Assembly: GCA_050251945.1 (NCBI GenBank)
Contig: JBFWLW010000003.1
Span: 160,001 to 224,000, forward strand
Origin: Deferribacterales bacterium
Lineage (GTDB): Bacteria > Chrysiogenota > Deferribacteres > Deferribacterales > Geovibrionaceae
DNA length: 64,000 bases
Direction: 5' to 3'
The notes under the pieces were generated by a model. That model was not told the origin of the DNA, ran no database searches, and worked only from the letters and a program-made list of their open reading frames with translations. Both the position numbers and the translations under genes were made by a program. Positions 20,431 to 30,106 of this stretch are shown here, piece by piece (the first letter of the stretch is position 1; every line of letters starts with the position of its first letter).

Positions 20431-21297
20431 ATGAGCAGATTTTTTAAGTTCATCGGCAAAGCGGCTCTTTTCATTCTAATCTTTGCAGTCATAGTACGCA
20501 TCATCTCAGTAATGGGAGCATCCGGCGAGGATCTCATCCTTGAAGATACGATTGCGGTCGTTCGCCTTGAAGGCGTGATAATGGACACGCACTATCTGGA
20601 TGAAAAACTGAAAAGCCTTGATGAAAACGATAAGGTCAAAGGGATTATCCTTGAGATAAACTCTCCCGGCGGAGCCATCGCCCCCACCCAGCAGCTTTAC
20701 CTGCGCATCATGAAGATGCATAAACCGGTTTACGCAGTGATGGAAACCGTTGCAGCATCAGGCGGATATTATACAGCCGCTGCGTGCGACAGGGTATACG
20801 CCATGGAAAGCACCATAACCGGCAGCATCGGCGTTATTATGGAATATACGAACTTCCGCGGGCTGATGGATAAATTCGGCGTTGAAAGCGTCGTAATTAA
20901 AAGCGGAAAGATGAAGGACGTCCCTTCGCCCACCCGTGAACTCTCGGAAGAGGAACAACAGTATCTGCAAGGCAACATAAACGACTTTTATGAGCAATTC
21001 CTCCGCGACATACTTAAACGCAGAAAAATAGACGAAAAGAAACTCCGCGAACTCGCCGACGGGCGTGTATTCAGCGGCCGTCAGGCACAGAAGCTCGGTC
21101 TCATCGACGCCATAGGCACAAGGGAAGAGGCGGAAGAGGCTATGAAAAAACAGCTTGATATGCCCGACATAGAAGTTGAGGAATTCTATCCGCCGGAACA
21201 GAGTGTTCTTCGCTCACTCATGTCAAAGGCAAAAACACTTGCCGCGACAGAGGGCATAGACGGCGGTATCTATTACCTATACAAACCCGGACTTTGA
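20431..21297 (+). CDS. sppA: Signal peptide peptidase SppA (36K type)
   Basis: INSPGG, AASGGYY, TGSIGV and DGRVFSG motifs. Confidence 0.93.
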   Translation: MSRFFKFIGKAALFILIFAVIVRIISVMGASGEDLILEDTIAVVRLEGVIMDTHYLDEKLKSLDENDKVKGIILEINSPGGAIAPTQQLYLRIMKMHKPVYAVMETVAASGGYYTAAACDRVYAMESTITGSIGVIMEYTNFRGLMDKFGVESVVIKSGKMKDVPSPTRELSEEEQQYLQGNINDFYEQFLRDILKRRKIDEKKLRELADGRVFSGRQAQKLGLIDAIGTREEAEEAMKKQLDMPDIEVEEFYPPEQSVLRSLMSKAKTLAATEGIDGGIYYLYKPGL

Positions 21298-21298
21298 T

Positions 21299-22174
21299 AT
21301 GGAACTGGGACAGCTTGCGGCGTTCACCGCCACCGCTGAACTGAAAAATATGACCAAGGCGGCGCAGAAGCTCAACCTGAGTCTTTCTGCGCTCTCCACA
21401 CAGATAAAGATGCTCGAAGAAGAGCTTAATGTCACCCTGTTCTCAAGACAGGCGCGCGGCGTAGAGCTCACTCCCGAAGGATCGGCACTCCTTGAAAGTG
21501 CAATAGCTGTCAACGACACCGTCCAAAGTATCAGACGGCAGGCAATGAGGATGCAGAAAGAGGTTAAGGGGAGCATCACTCTGGGTGTGAACACAAACCC
21601 CGTATTTCTGCGCATCCAGACTATCAACTCGGCATTTCAGAAGAACCTTCCGGACATTTCGCTCCGCTTCGCCGTGAGCGAATCCGGCAAAACACCGCAG
21701 ATGCTCCGCTCGGGCGAACTTGACCTCGGCTTCTCATACGGAAGATTCACCGACAAGGATATATTCACCATAGAGCTTTTTCCGGTAAAACTTTGCATGG
21801 TTGTGCCGAAAGGGCAGCTTGAGGACACCAGAAACGTCTCGTGGGAAACTCTGGCTGGCATCCCATGGATATGGGGAAGTGAGGACTGCCCCTTCAGAAC
21901 TGAACTGGTGCGTTCACTGCCGGATATAAAGAATCCGAAAAAAATAATCGTTGCGTCAGACGAGAACCTTATGATGGAACTGGTGAAGACCGGTTCCGGA
22001 GTGTGCGTTCTGCGTGAGGACAACGCACAGGAACTTGCGGAACAGGGTTATGTGGTTATCCTGCACGACAAGACCATTACGGTTCCGATATGCATCTCCT
22101 GCCTGAAGGAACGCAGAGAAGAACCGCTCATCGACCTTGCAATGAAAACGATCTTGACCGTTTATGAGGTATGA
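21299..22174 (+). CDS. LysR family transcriptional regulator
   Basis: N-terminal HTH MTKAAQKLNLSLSALSTQIKMLEEEL...LTPEG. Confidence 0.95.
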   Translation: MELGQLAAFTATAELKNMTKAAQKLNLSLSALSTQIKMLEEELNVTLFSRQARGVELTPEGSALLESAIAVNDTVQSIRRQAMRMQKEVKGSITLGVNTNPVFLRIQTINSAFQKNLPDISLRFAVSESGKTPQMLRSGELDLGFSYGRFTDKDIFTIELFPVKLCMVVPKGQLEDTRNVSWETLAGIPWIWGSEDCPFRTELVRSLPDIKNPKKIIVASDENLMMELVKTGSGVCVLREDNAQELAEQGYVVILHDKTITVPICISCLKERREEPLIDLAMKTILTVYEV

Positions 22175-22175
22175 T

Positions 22176-22364
22176 ATGAAAACAGCACTGTTAATGCTTC
22201 TGACTGTTCTTCTTTTCACAGCAGGATGCTCAAAAAGAGCATGGTACGACGGTCTGCAAACGGGACACAGCTACGACTGCGGAAAACTGGAAGGCGAAGC
22301 GAAGGAAAAATGTCTCAAACAAAGTGACATGAGCTATGACCAATACAATGAGATTAAAAAATGA
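22176..22364 (+). CDS. Small lipoprotein of unknown function
   Basis: MKTALLMLLTVLLFTAG-C lipobox, GAGG RBS, two further Cys. Confidence 0.8.
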   Translation: MKTALLMLLTVLLFTAGCSKRAWYDGLQTGHSYDCGKLEGEAKEKCLKQSDMSYDQYNEIKK

Positions 22365-23116
22365 AAAAACTTCTAATCACTGCTCTCTTTGCCGTAGTAA
22401 TCGCAGGATGTGCTCACGACACGGGAACCATAACCCAGATATCCACAATAGACGCGCTCCTTGCGGGTGATTACGACGGATCCGAAAAAACATCAAATCT
22501 CACCCGATACGGCGATTTCGGAATCGGCACTTTCGACAGACTTGACGGCGAGATGATAGTTCTTGACGGAAAAGTCTATCAGGCAAAGTCGGACGGCAGA
22601 ATCTACATGCCGGACAACACCACGACGCCGTTTGCTTCCGTATCCTTTTTCGTTCCTGAAATGACTATTAGCCTGAACATACCGGTGACATTTGAGGAAC
22701 TTGAAAAACTGATTGACGAAAAAATCCCCGACATGAACGTCTTCTGCGCCGTTAAAGTGGAAGGTACTTTCAGTAAAATGAAAGTCCGCTCCGTTCCTGC
22801 TCAGTCAAAACCATACAGCCCGCTGGCAAAAGTTGTCACCACCCAGCCCGTTTTTGAGTATGAGAATATACGCGGCACAATCGTCGGTTACAGACTCCCT
22901 GCATTTGTTAAAGGCATAAACGTGGGCGGGTATCACATGCATTTCATTGATGTTTCAAAGACATACGGCGGTCATATACTTGACTTTCAAATGGCAGACG
23001 GAAAGATTTACACAGACACAGAAAGGAAACTTACACTGATTCTCCCTGAAAGAGGACTTGAATCAATAGATTTATCTAAAGACAGAAGTGAAGAACTTAA
23101 GAAGGTTGAAAAGTAG
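22361..23116 (+). CDS. budA: Alpha-acetolactate decarboxylase with lipoprotein signal
   Basis: QISTIDALLAGDYDG, GDFGIGTF..LDGE and GYHMHF..GGH zinc motif. N-terminal IAG-C lipobox. Confidence 0.9.
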   Translation: MKKLLITALFAVVIAGCAHDTGTITQISTIDALLAGDYDGSEKTSNLTRYGDFGIGTFDRLDGEMIVLDGKVYQAKSDGRIYMPDNTTTPFASVSFFVPEMTISLNIPVTFEELEKLIDEKIPDMNVFCAVKVEGTFSKMKVRSVPAQSKPYSPLAKVVTTQPVFEYENIRGTIVGYRLPAFVKGINVGGYHMHFIDVSKTYGGHILDFQMADGKIYTDTERKLTLILPERGLESIDLSKDRSEELKKVEK

Positions 23117-23300
23117 AAAGCCCCGCAACCTTTGCTGATTTGCGGGGCTTTAGACGTTGGGTGGTGTCACCTCATGACCCATTGGAACTTCTCCTGTCCC
23201 GAACCTTTTCCGGAAACCTCAAAATCGGTAGCAACTTCTTTTCAGATACCTTCTTTCCGGTTCGGGGGGTTTCTTCTGTTACTGCCTTGGCTGTAACTTA
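23117..23300 (-). ncRNA. Candidate structured small RNA (may carry a 10-codon micro-ORF at 23150-23182)
   Basis: Non-coding gap with several stems (GTTAC/GTAAC, CCCGAACC/GGTTCGGG, GGAAA/TTTCC, TGGGT/ACCCA) ending at the terminator. Family not recognised. Confidence 0.4.
23118..23151. terminator. Bidirectional terminator-like hairpin
   Basis: AAAGCCCCGCAA..TTGCGGGGCTTT, 12-bp perfect stem. Confidence 0.8.
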
Positions 23301-23390
23301 TAAACTTAATATGTGACTTAATCTCAAAACCGCAAGTGGCAAAATTAAAACTATTTGCACATATCTTAAAAACATCTGTATAATCTCAAT

Positions 23391-24911
23391 ATGTTCTCAA
23401 AAGTATTCAGCGCACTCGTAAACGGAATTGAAGCGGAGATAGTAGAAGTGGAAACGGACATAAGCTCCGTCGGTCTGCCGTCGTTCAACATGGTGGGACT
23501 TGCGGAAACCGCCGTAAAAGAGAGCCGCGACCGCGTTAAATCCGCTATGAAAAACATGAACCTGAACGTCTTCGCACATCCCATAACAATCAATCTCGCT
23601 CCCGGTGATATAAAAAAAGAGGGTACCCATTTTGACCTTCCTGTGGCAATCGGGCTTACATGCTCCGCCGGAATGGTGAAACAGGTGCCTGAAGACTGCC
23701 TCTTCGCGGGAGAACTTTCACTGGACGGAAAACTGCGGGCGGTGGGCGGAATGCTCCCCATCGCAGAAGGCGCCAGAAAAGCAGGCTTTAAAAAGCTGAT
23801 CGTTCCTGCCGACAACGCGGATGAAGCCGCCGTAATAGACGGTCTGGATGTCTTCCCGTTCGACGATCTGTCCTCTGTGACCGAGTTCATAAACAACAAC
23901 TGTGCAGGCACTCCGCATACGTTCGACAGAACGTCCCTGTTCAGCACGGTAAAAGAATACACAGTCGATTTTTCAGACGTAAAAGGGCAGTTCGCAGCCC
24001 GCCGCTGTGCGGAGATAGCCGCGGCAGGAATGCATAACCTCTTCATGATAGGCTCTCCCGGAAGCGGGAAAACCATGATAGCACGCAGGATGCCCACCAT
24101 TCTGCCCGACATGTCGCTGACGGAAGCGATAGAAACAACCAAGATATATTCCGTGGCAGGACTGATACGCTCCGGACGCGACCTTGCCGTCCACAGACCA
24201 TTTTGCAGTCCTCACCACACCAGCAGCAGTATTGCGCTCATCGGCGGAACCTCGAAGGCGATACCCGGTCAGGTCAGTATGGCATCGAACGGAGTGCTTT
24301 TCCTCGACGAACTGTTGGAATTCCCCAGAAGTGTTCTGGAAACACTGCGCCAGCCGCTTGAGGACAAAGAGGTTACAGTGTCGAGAGCGGGACGCACAGT
24401 TACCTATCCGGCGAATTTTATGCTCGTTGCTGCGGCAAACCCGTGCCCTTGCGGATATCTGGGCGATAAACAGAAAGAGTGTACCTGCTCGCCGTCCCAG
24501 ATACAGAAATACCGGTCAAGACTTTCCGGTCCACTCATGGACAGAATTGACCTCCATGTTGAGGTAGGTTCCGCAGACATAGCTGAACTTGCCGCCATGG
24601 ACGACGGCGAAACATCTGAAAACATCCGCAGACGCGTTGCACAGGCACACGCAATGCAGTCGGCACGTTTTAAACACTCAAAAACACGTTTCAACAGCAG
24701 AATGTCCGAAAAAGAGACGAAAAAATACTGCGCTCTGGATGAAAAGACCGCTAAATTATTGGAGACCGCCGCTAAAAAATATAACCTCAGCGCCAGAAGC
24801 TATTCAAAAGTTCTTAAAACCGCCCGCACAATTGCCGATCTGGACGCATCTGCCGACATCGGAGTAAAACACATCCTCGAATCTCTTCAGTACCGTCTCA
24901 TACAGGAATAA
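23391..24911 (+). CDS. comM: YifB/ComM family Mg-chelatase-like AAA+ ATPase
   Basis: VKESRDRV, NLAPGD, GSPGSGKT, PHH, LFLDE and NPCPCG motifs. Confidence 0.92.
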   Translation: MFSKVFSALVNGIEAEIVEVETDISSVGLPSFNMVGLAETAVKESRDRVKSAMKNMNLNVFAHPITINLAPGDIKKEGTHFDLPVAIGLTCSAGMVKQVPEDCLFAGELSLDGKLRAVGGMLPIAEGARKAGFKKLIVPADNADEAAVIDGLDVFPFDDLSSVTEFINNNCAGTPHTFDRTSLFSTVKEYTVDFSDVKGQFAARRCAEIAAAGMHNLFMIGSPGSGKTMIARRMPTILPDMSLTEAIETTKIYSVAGLIRSGRDLAVHRPFCSPHHTSSSIALIGGTSKAIPGQVSMASNGVLFLDELLEFPRSVLETLRQPLEDKEVTVSRAGRTVTYPANFMLVAAANPCPCGYLGDKQKECTCSPSQIQKYRSRLSGPLMDRIDLHVEVGSADIAELAAMDDGETSENIRRRVAQAHAMQSARFKHSKTRFNSRMSEKETKKYCALDEKTAKLLETAAKKYNLSARSYSKVLKTARTIADLDASADIGVKHILESLQYRLIQE

Positions 24912-24996
24912 CAGTATTTTTCAATAATCGCTTATTTTTGTTAATAATTCCTCACCATGATTCGACATTTCCCCATATACGATGATATAATATGGT

Positions 24997-25434
24997 ATGA
25001 GAATATCCAAGAAGACCGAGTATGCTGTTCACAGCGTGCTCTATATTACTTTTTTTAAAGACCGGACTGTTCTGTTGGACGAACTCGCTGCACAGGGAAT
25101 TTCCAGAGAGTATCTGGCAAAGGTCATGCGGCTGCTCACAAAGAGCGGTATTCTGAAATCTTCCGTGGGGGTAAATGGAGGATATGTCTTAGCAAGACCT
25201 GCTGACCAGATCACTTTGGAAGACATTTTCAATGCTGTCGAAGGCGACGCTTTTTACAGATGCGAATCGAAATCAAGAAGATGCGGTTTGGCAGGTAAAT
25301 GCGGGCTGGCCGAAGCCTTCGGAGCTGCAAGGAAAATGTTCCTCAGCGAACTTAGAAAGTGCAAAATGTCTGATATGATGGAAAAAAGCATATCAGACGG
25401 AAGCTGGTTGAAAAATCTGAATCCTGTCGTTTAA
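24997..25434 (+). CDS. Rrf2 family transcriptional regulator (3 Cys, probable Fe-S sensor)
   Basis: TEYAV..YL.KV..L..G.L.S..G..GGY.LA plus C-x6-C-x5-C. Confidence 0.92.
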   Translation: MRISKKTEYAVHSVLYITFFKDRTVLLDELAAQGISREYLAKVMRLLTKSGILKSSVGVNGGYVLARPADQITLEDIFNAVEGDAFYRCESKSRRCGLAGKCGLAEAFGAARKMFLSELRKCKMSDMMEKSISDGSWLKNLNPVV

Positions 25435-25447
25435 AAGACAGACGTAA

Positions 25448-26140
25448 TCATACGGCGGGTTCACGGGATGCTTCCAGAAGAAAGCGGTATAAAGGCGCAA
25501 GTTTGAAGAAATCTTCCAGAAGTGCGCCTGCGAACCCGTTCCCGTATAAAGATTCATCGTTGTCTCTTTCCGCGACAAGATAAAGAGTTTTGCGCTGGTA
25601 CCAGTCCACAAAGCGGGCATCTTTCATTCCCGACGGTACCTTTTTATATTTTTCACCTTCAAGGGAAAAAGGTAAAAGGTTTTTGGGATTTGAAAATGAC
25701 ACTGTGTCTGCAAATCGCTTTGCATCCAGATCTATCATCTGCCTGAAATGGCGCATGGTGGCAGGTTTCGCGCTGTAAAAGCCCATTCCCCAGACATAGC
25801 GCTCAGACCCGAGCTCAAAGAAGAATGCGGGAGCGTCGCACCAGTCGTCGTTTGCCCTTTTAAAAACAAGCCAGCTCACTGATTTATACGGCGTTTTGTC
25901 CTTTGAAAAACGAGTGTCGCGGCGTATGCGCGAAACTGTGCGTCCGCCTGTGATGAACTGCTCATCAACAGAAAGCATCCCGTCCGTAAGCTCAGCGGAA
26001 AGCTCCTTCATTGGTGTCTGGACGTACTCTTTATATTCTTCCTTGTGCGCTTCGTACCACTCGTGGGTGTTGTTTTCCCTGATACCTCTCAGAAACCCGA
26101 ACGCTTTCGGGGTGAACCCCTTAAAATACTGCCGCATCAT
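25448..26140 (-). CDS. DUF2461 family protein
   Basis: NNTHEWYEAHK and RIRRDTRFSKDKTPYK signature. Confidence 0.88.
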   Translation of the reverse strand: MMRQYFKGFTPKAFGFLRGIRENNTHEWYEAHKEEYKEYVQTPMKELSAELTDGMLSVDEQFITGGRTVSRIRRDTRFSKDKTPYKSVSWLVFKRANDDWCDAPAFFFELGSERYVWGMGFYSAKPATMRHFRQMIDLDAKRFADTVSFSNPKNLLPFSLEGEKYKKVPSGMKDARFVDWYQRKTLYLVAERDNDESLYGNGFAGALLEDFFKLAPLYRFLLEASREPAV

Positions 26141-27201
26141 TCGTATTTATCCCACCATCTTTCAACAGGTGCAACACCGCCGACAGTAAATGGAAGTCCT
26201 ATTTCGGGGGTCACATAGTTGAGATTTTTTTTCTGCGCTTCCGTCGTGAACCTCTCTATGGGTTCTTTCCAGTAAAACTCAGAAAGAGTGAAGGTTCCCC
26301 AATGGATAGGAAGAACCGTCCCGCTGCCGAGGTCTTTTGCCGCCTGAACAGCCTCTTCAGGTGTCATGTGACTGTAAGGCCATTTTACATTATAGGCGCC
26401 TATATCAATGAGCGACAGTTCAAAAGGTCCGTACTCGTGTCCTATCTGCCGGAACTGTTCCATATAGCCCGAATCGCCGCTGAAAAACACCTTATGACCG
26501 CCCATCTCTATGACATACGATGCCCAGAATGTTTTGTTGGTGTCATAGTAGCCTCTGCCCGACCTGTGCAGGGCGGGTGTGGCAGTTATTTTCATATTCG
26601 GCATGGAAACCGACTGGTACCAGTCCAGTTCTATGATACGGAGGGGATCAACTCCCCATTTTTCAAGATATTGTCCCACGCCCAGCGGCACGATAAACAT
26701 ACCGACTCTATCCTTAAGGGCTTTTATCGCCCTCTCGTCCAAATGGTCATAGTGGTTATGGGAGATTATGACCGCATCCACAAAACCGATGTTGACACCC
26801 CTTATGGGGTTGTCGTCGGTGTATCTTTCGGGTCCGATGAAGCTAAAAGGTGAGACCCTTTTGGAAAACACCGGATCGGTGATTATTTTCATGTCCCCCT
26901 GTTTAAGCATTACGCTTGCGTGTCCCAGCCATGCCGCCTGAAGGGTGTCGCCGGTATTCATGTTCGCATATACAGGATTGATCCTGTGCGCTTTTATAAG
27001 CTCTTTCGGTGAGTATTTTCCGCTTTCAAAGAGAATCCTGTATATCGAGGAGAGCTTGCTGCCTGACGCTTTTTTCGGCGTCTCCACAAGGTTGTGGAAT
27101 GTTCCGTCGCGGAAATATTCCGACGCATAAGAAACTTTTTTCTCGTGTGTGGCAAACATGATCACAATTATGACCGCAGCGGCCAGAAATATCTTTCCCA
27201 T
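26137..27201 (-). CDS. MBL-fold metallo-hydrolase (RomA/NAPE-PLD-like), exported or anchored
   Basis: WLGHAS, TDPVFS.R.SP, SHNHYDHLD, GDSGY and PIHWGTF motifs. Confidence 0.88.
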   Translation of the reverse strand: MGKIFLAAAVIIVIMFATHEKKVSYASEYFRDGTFHNLVETPKKASGSKLSSIYRILFESGKYSPKELIKAHRINPVYANMNTGDTLQAAWLGHASVMLKQGDMKIITDPVFSKRVSPFSFIGPERYTDDNPIRGVNIGFVDAVIISHNHYDHLDERAIKALKDRVGMFIVPLGVGQYLEKWGVDPLRIIELDWYQSVSMPNMKITATPALHRSGRGYYDTNKTFWASYVIEMGGHKVFFSGDSGYMEQFRQIGHEYGPFELSLIDIGAYNVKWPYSHMTPEEAVQAAKDLGSGTVLPIHWGTFTLSEFYWKEPIERFTTEAQKKNLNYVTPEIGLPFTVGGVAPVERWWDKYE

Positions 27202-27261
27202 CTCAACTCCCGAATAAAAGCAGTAGTATATAAACTATGCCTCTGTTCTGAAAATTAAACC

Positions 27262-27915
27262 CTAAAATATCGCGGAGGAACTGTCCAGCGACAGTTTAAA
27301 TCCAGAAAGCAGAACTCTGCTCTTACGGTTTATCTTTTCACAGAGGATATCGGTCATATGGTTCAATTCCCCGGCGTTATGCGCAACACCGTTCAGAAAC
27401 CCGCTTCTGTGCATATATTCAGCATCGAAGGCGTTTCCCGTTATCAGAAACTCTGAAGCGGAAGCCGACTGCATCAGACGCGGAATAGCCTGTGTACCGC
27501 CGAATCCGGTTATAATGCCGAGCTTCGCTCCGGGGTGCGCAAACTTACTCTTCCCTGTTGCGTAGCGAAAATCGCATGACGCGGCAAAATCCATACCGCC
27601 GCCCATGCAGAAACCGTCTATCTCCGCTATGACCACCTGCGGCATGGTGCGTATGGTTCCGAACATGGTATTGCCCAGTTTGGAGAACCATTTGGCTTCA
27701 AAGCCGTTATATGTGCTTAACGTACGCAGGTCGGCTCCCACAGCAAAGCATCCGCCTTCGCCGTGTATCCGCACCGTTTTTGCGGGACTTTCCCTGACCA
27801 TGCGCAGGTTCTTTATTATCTCTTTAAGTGTCTCCACGTCCAGCAGCGTGAACTGACCTGTCTGCGGAACCAGTCTTATATGGGCTGTCAGCCCCTCTAT
27901 GCGGGTTTCTATCAT
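27262..27915 (-). CDS. Enoyl-CoA hydratase/isomerase family protein
   Basis: FAVGADL, GFCMGGG..ASCD and LGIITGFGGTQ. Start placed at ATG 27915. Confidence 0.88.
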   Translation of the reverse strand: MIETRIEGLTAHIRLVPQTGQFTLLDVETLKEIIKNLRMVRESPAKTVRIHGEGGCFAVGADLRTLSTYNGFEAKWFSKLGNTMFGTIRTMPQVVIAEIDGFCMGGGMDFAASCDFRYATGKSKFAHPGAKLGIITGFGGTQAIPRLMQSASASEFLITGNAFDAEYMHRSGFLNGVAHNAGELNHMTDILCEKINRKSRVLLSGFKLSLDSSSAIF

Positions 27916-27916
27916 A

Positions 27917-28717
27917 TCAGAACCTGTAATCTTCCCATCTGTCTTTGAACCGCGCCTCGCGCTTTTCAACAAAGGCGGACGTGCCTTCCGTTTTGTCGAA
28001 TGTCGAAAATGAGAACGTGAACGCGTTCTGTTCCAGCAGCAGACCTTTCGCAAAGTCCATATCTATCGTGCTGTTTATGGTTTCCTTCGCAAGTCCGACG
28101 GCAAACGAACTCCGCTTGCTCATCAGAACGGACATATCTGTTACCGCCTTTTCAAGGGACTCTGCACAGTCCAACACCTTACTGACCATTCCCTTGCCGT
28201 AAAGTTCGGCGGCATCAACAGGTTCGCCTGTGAATACAAGATACTTAGCAAACGTCTCGTACGCCTTTCTGGCGGCGAGTTGTGTCCCGCCGAATCCGGG
28301 AACGAATCCGTATTCCGTCTCGTTAAACCCAAACCGGCTCTTGGCTGTTGCAAACACCATATCGCAGGCGAGTATAAGCTCAAACGCGGGTCCGAAGCAA
28401 TCGCCGTCAACAGCGGCAAGCACTGGTTTTTTCATGTTTCTTATGAATGAAACCAGTCTTTGACCAACAAGATTATACTGTTTAACAACGGCGGTGTCAG
28501 CTTTCGAGACCTTCTCAATGTCATGTCCCTTTGAAAATACGCCGCTCTGCCCGCTGCGTATCACAGCAAGATTGACCCCGCGGTCTCCCTCTGCAACGTC
28601 AAGAGCAGTGAAAAGCCCGTCCAGAGTCTCCATACAGACAGGATTGCCCTGAACACTGCATGAAACTGTTATCACACAGGCGCCGTCGGCTTTTGAATAG
28701 GTAACAGGATTGTTCAT
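27917..28717 (-). CDS. Enoyl-CoA hydratase/isomerase family protein
   Basis: FSKGHDI, KPVLAAVDG..ELILACD, PGFGGT and EG..AFVEKR. Confidence 0.9.
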   Translation of the reverse strand: MNNPVTYSKADGACVITVSCSVQGNPVCMETLDGLFTALDVAEGDRGVNLAVIRSGQSGVFSKGHDIEKVSKADTAVVKQYNLVGQRLVSFIRNMKKPVLAAVDGDCFGPAFELILACDMVFATAKSRFGFNETEYGFVPGFGGTQLAARKAYETFAKYLVFTGEPVDAAELYGKGMVSKVLDCAESLEKAVTDMSVLMSKRSSFAVGLAKETINSTIDMDFAKGLLLEQNAFTFSFSTFDKTEGTSAFVEKREARFKDRWEDYRF

Positions 28718-28792
28718 ATCAACCTCGGAATAATAATAAGTTTGCTTATTATAAAAAAAGCGGAACGCAATGTAAACAAATGATAAGAAAAA

Positions 28793-29644
28793 TCAGGATT
28801 CGCCATCATTGCGGAGGGAGAAATACTGCTGGTCTATGTGATTGTGATATTCGCGGCGAAGTTCTTTTTTTGAATTATTTTTCAGCATCTCGCGGCGAAG
28901 TTTACGGGCGGATTCCATGCTCTCTTTACCCGCCGGATCATAACCGCTGAGATTTGCAAACCCGTTCTCAACAGCTTCCATAGTCTGCTTCAGCGCCGCT
29001 TCCCTGAAATATGCAACACGCTCTTCAAACCCCGGCTGTGCAGTTTTCTTTATCATGCGGGTTATGGCGTGCAGTTTCAGGTTCTTCTGATAAAAGACAC
29101 CGCGGCGTATAGCCTTCACTTCGCTTTCAAACCAGTCGGATTTTACTCCCATGTTTCTCAGAAAAATATCCCCATAGCTGGGTGAAAACCGCAGAAGAAG
29201 CTGCAGCATCTTTGAATAGCGGTTGTAATGCATTGACTCCTCCGCCATCTCAAAGATAAGATGCGAACGCATCCGCCCGGCATCCACATATGCAATATGC
29301 TGCGGAACCATGTTGTTATGGGCTATGATGTCTGCCGAAAGGTGTGCGCTGTATCCGTATGCAAACGCCTGCTCCTCGTCGCTGCGGATGTCGGAAAACA
29401 TCTTTGAAACCGTCTGCCAGCTATGTGTCGGCAGGCTTTTCTTAAACGATGAAAAGTCTTTGAAAAGGTTGAAAAGATCGGGAAATATGTTGCCGCATAA
29501 AAAGAACTGCGGGTTGTTTGTGATAACGTTCATACTGCTGTTGTTCAGCACCTGCATCCCAATACTTAAATGCGTTTCAAATCCCCATGCGAAAGATATA
29601 TCAGGCAGTGCAAATACTGCTATAATTATTATAAATAGTGGCAT
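28793..29644 (-). CDS. Zinc-dependent phospholipase C family protein
   Basis: Signal peptide followed by W-G-x-x-T-H, GNIFPD and HLSADIIAHN. Confidence 0.8.
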   Translation of the reverse strand: MPLFIIIIAVFALPDISFAWGFETHLSIGMQVLNNSSMNVITNNPQFFLCGNIFPDLFNLFKDFSSFKKSLPTHSWQTVSKMFSDIRSDEEQAFAYGYSAHLSADIIAHNNMVPQHIAYVDAGRMRSHLIFEMAEESMHYNRYSKMLQLLLRFSPSYGDIFLRNMGVKSDWFESEVKAIRRGVFYQKNLKLHAITRMIKKTAQPGFEERVAYFREAALKQTMEAVENGFANLSGYDPAGKESMESARKLRREMLKNNSKKELRREYHNHIDQQYFSLRNDGES

Positions 29645-29767
29645 AATGATTAATTTATTACACCCGCTCTTAAAAACAAGGGAAATGTACCGGACAAAAA
29701 TTGTCCTTTAGTTGACAAATGAGAATAAGACCATTATAGTATGATTATTAACGGATGAGGTGTCGGT

Positions 29768-30004
29768 ATGAAAGAAGAAGCACTGAAAATCAGAAAGATT
29801 ATTCTCCCGATGAAAGATGCTTACGAGGAGCTTGACCCCGAAGAAAGGATTGAACTGAAACAGCTCCAGAAACAGCATGACGACATTTATAACACTCTGA
29901 GCGAAGAGGACAAAAAATGGTATGACAACCATTTTTCAGACTGGTACGCAAAATATCTGGACATAGAGACCAAGATTTTCATCAAGCCAAGCGAAGGCTG
30001 TTGA
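29768..30004 (+). CDS. Small hypothetical protein
   Basis: GAGGTG RBS and a charged helical sequence that fills the intergenic gap. Confidence 0.7.
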   Translation: MKEEALKIRKIILPMKDAYEELDPEERIELKQLQKQHDDIYNTLSEEDKKWYDNHFSDWYAKYLDIETKIFIKPSEGC

Positions 30005-30011
30005 AAAACTT

Positions 30012-30071
30012 AGATCGCGTCGTCGTTGCACTACTCGCGAAGACATACGAGTGCTTAGACGGGAAGCAGTC
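30012..30071. repeat. REP/REPIN-like element (family copy 3, second half degenerate)
   Basis: AGATCGCGTCGTC..CTCGCGAAGAC ... GAAGCAGTC between convergent genes. Confidence 0.7.
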
Positions 30072-30106
30072 ATAGAAGAAGACTTGCTGGTTAGAACCAA
30101 GCAATA

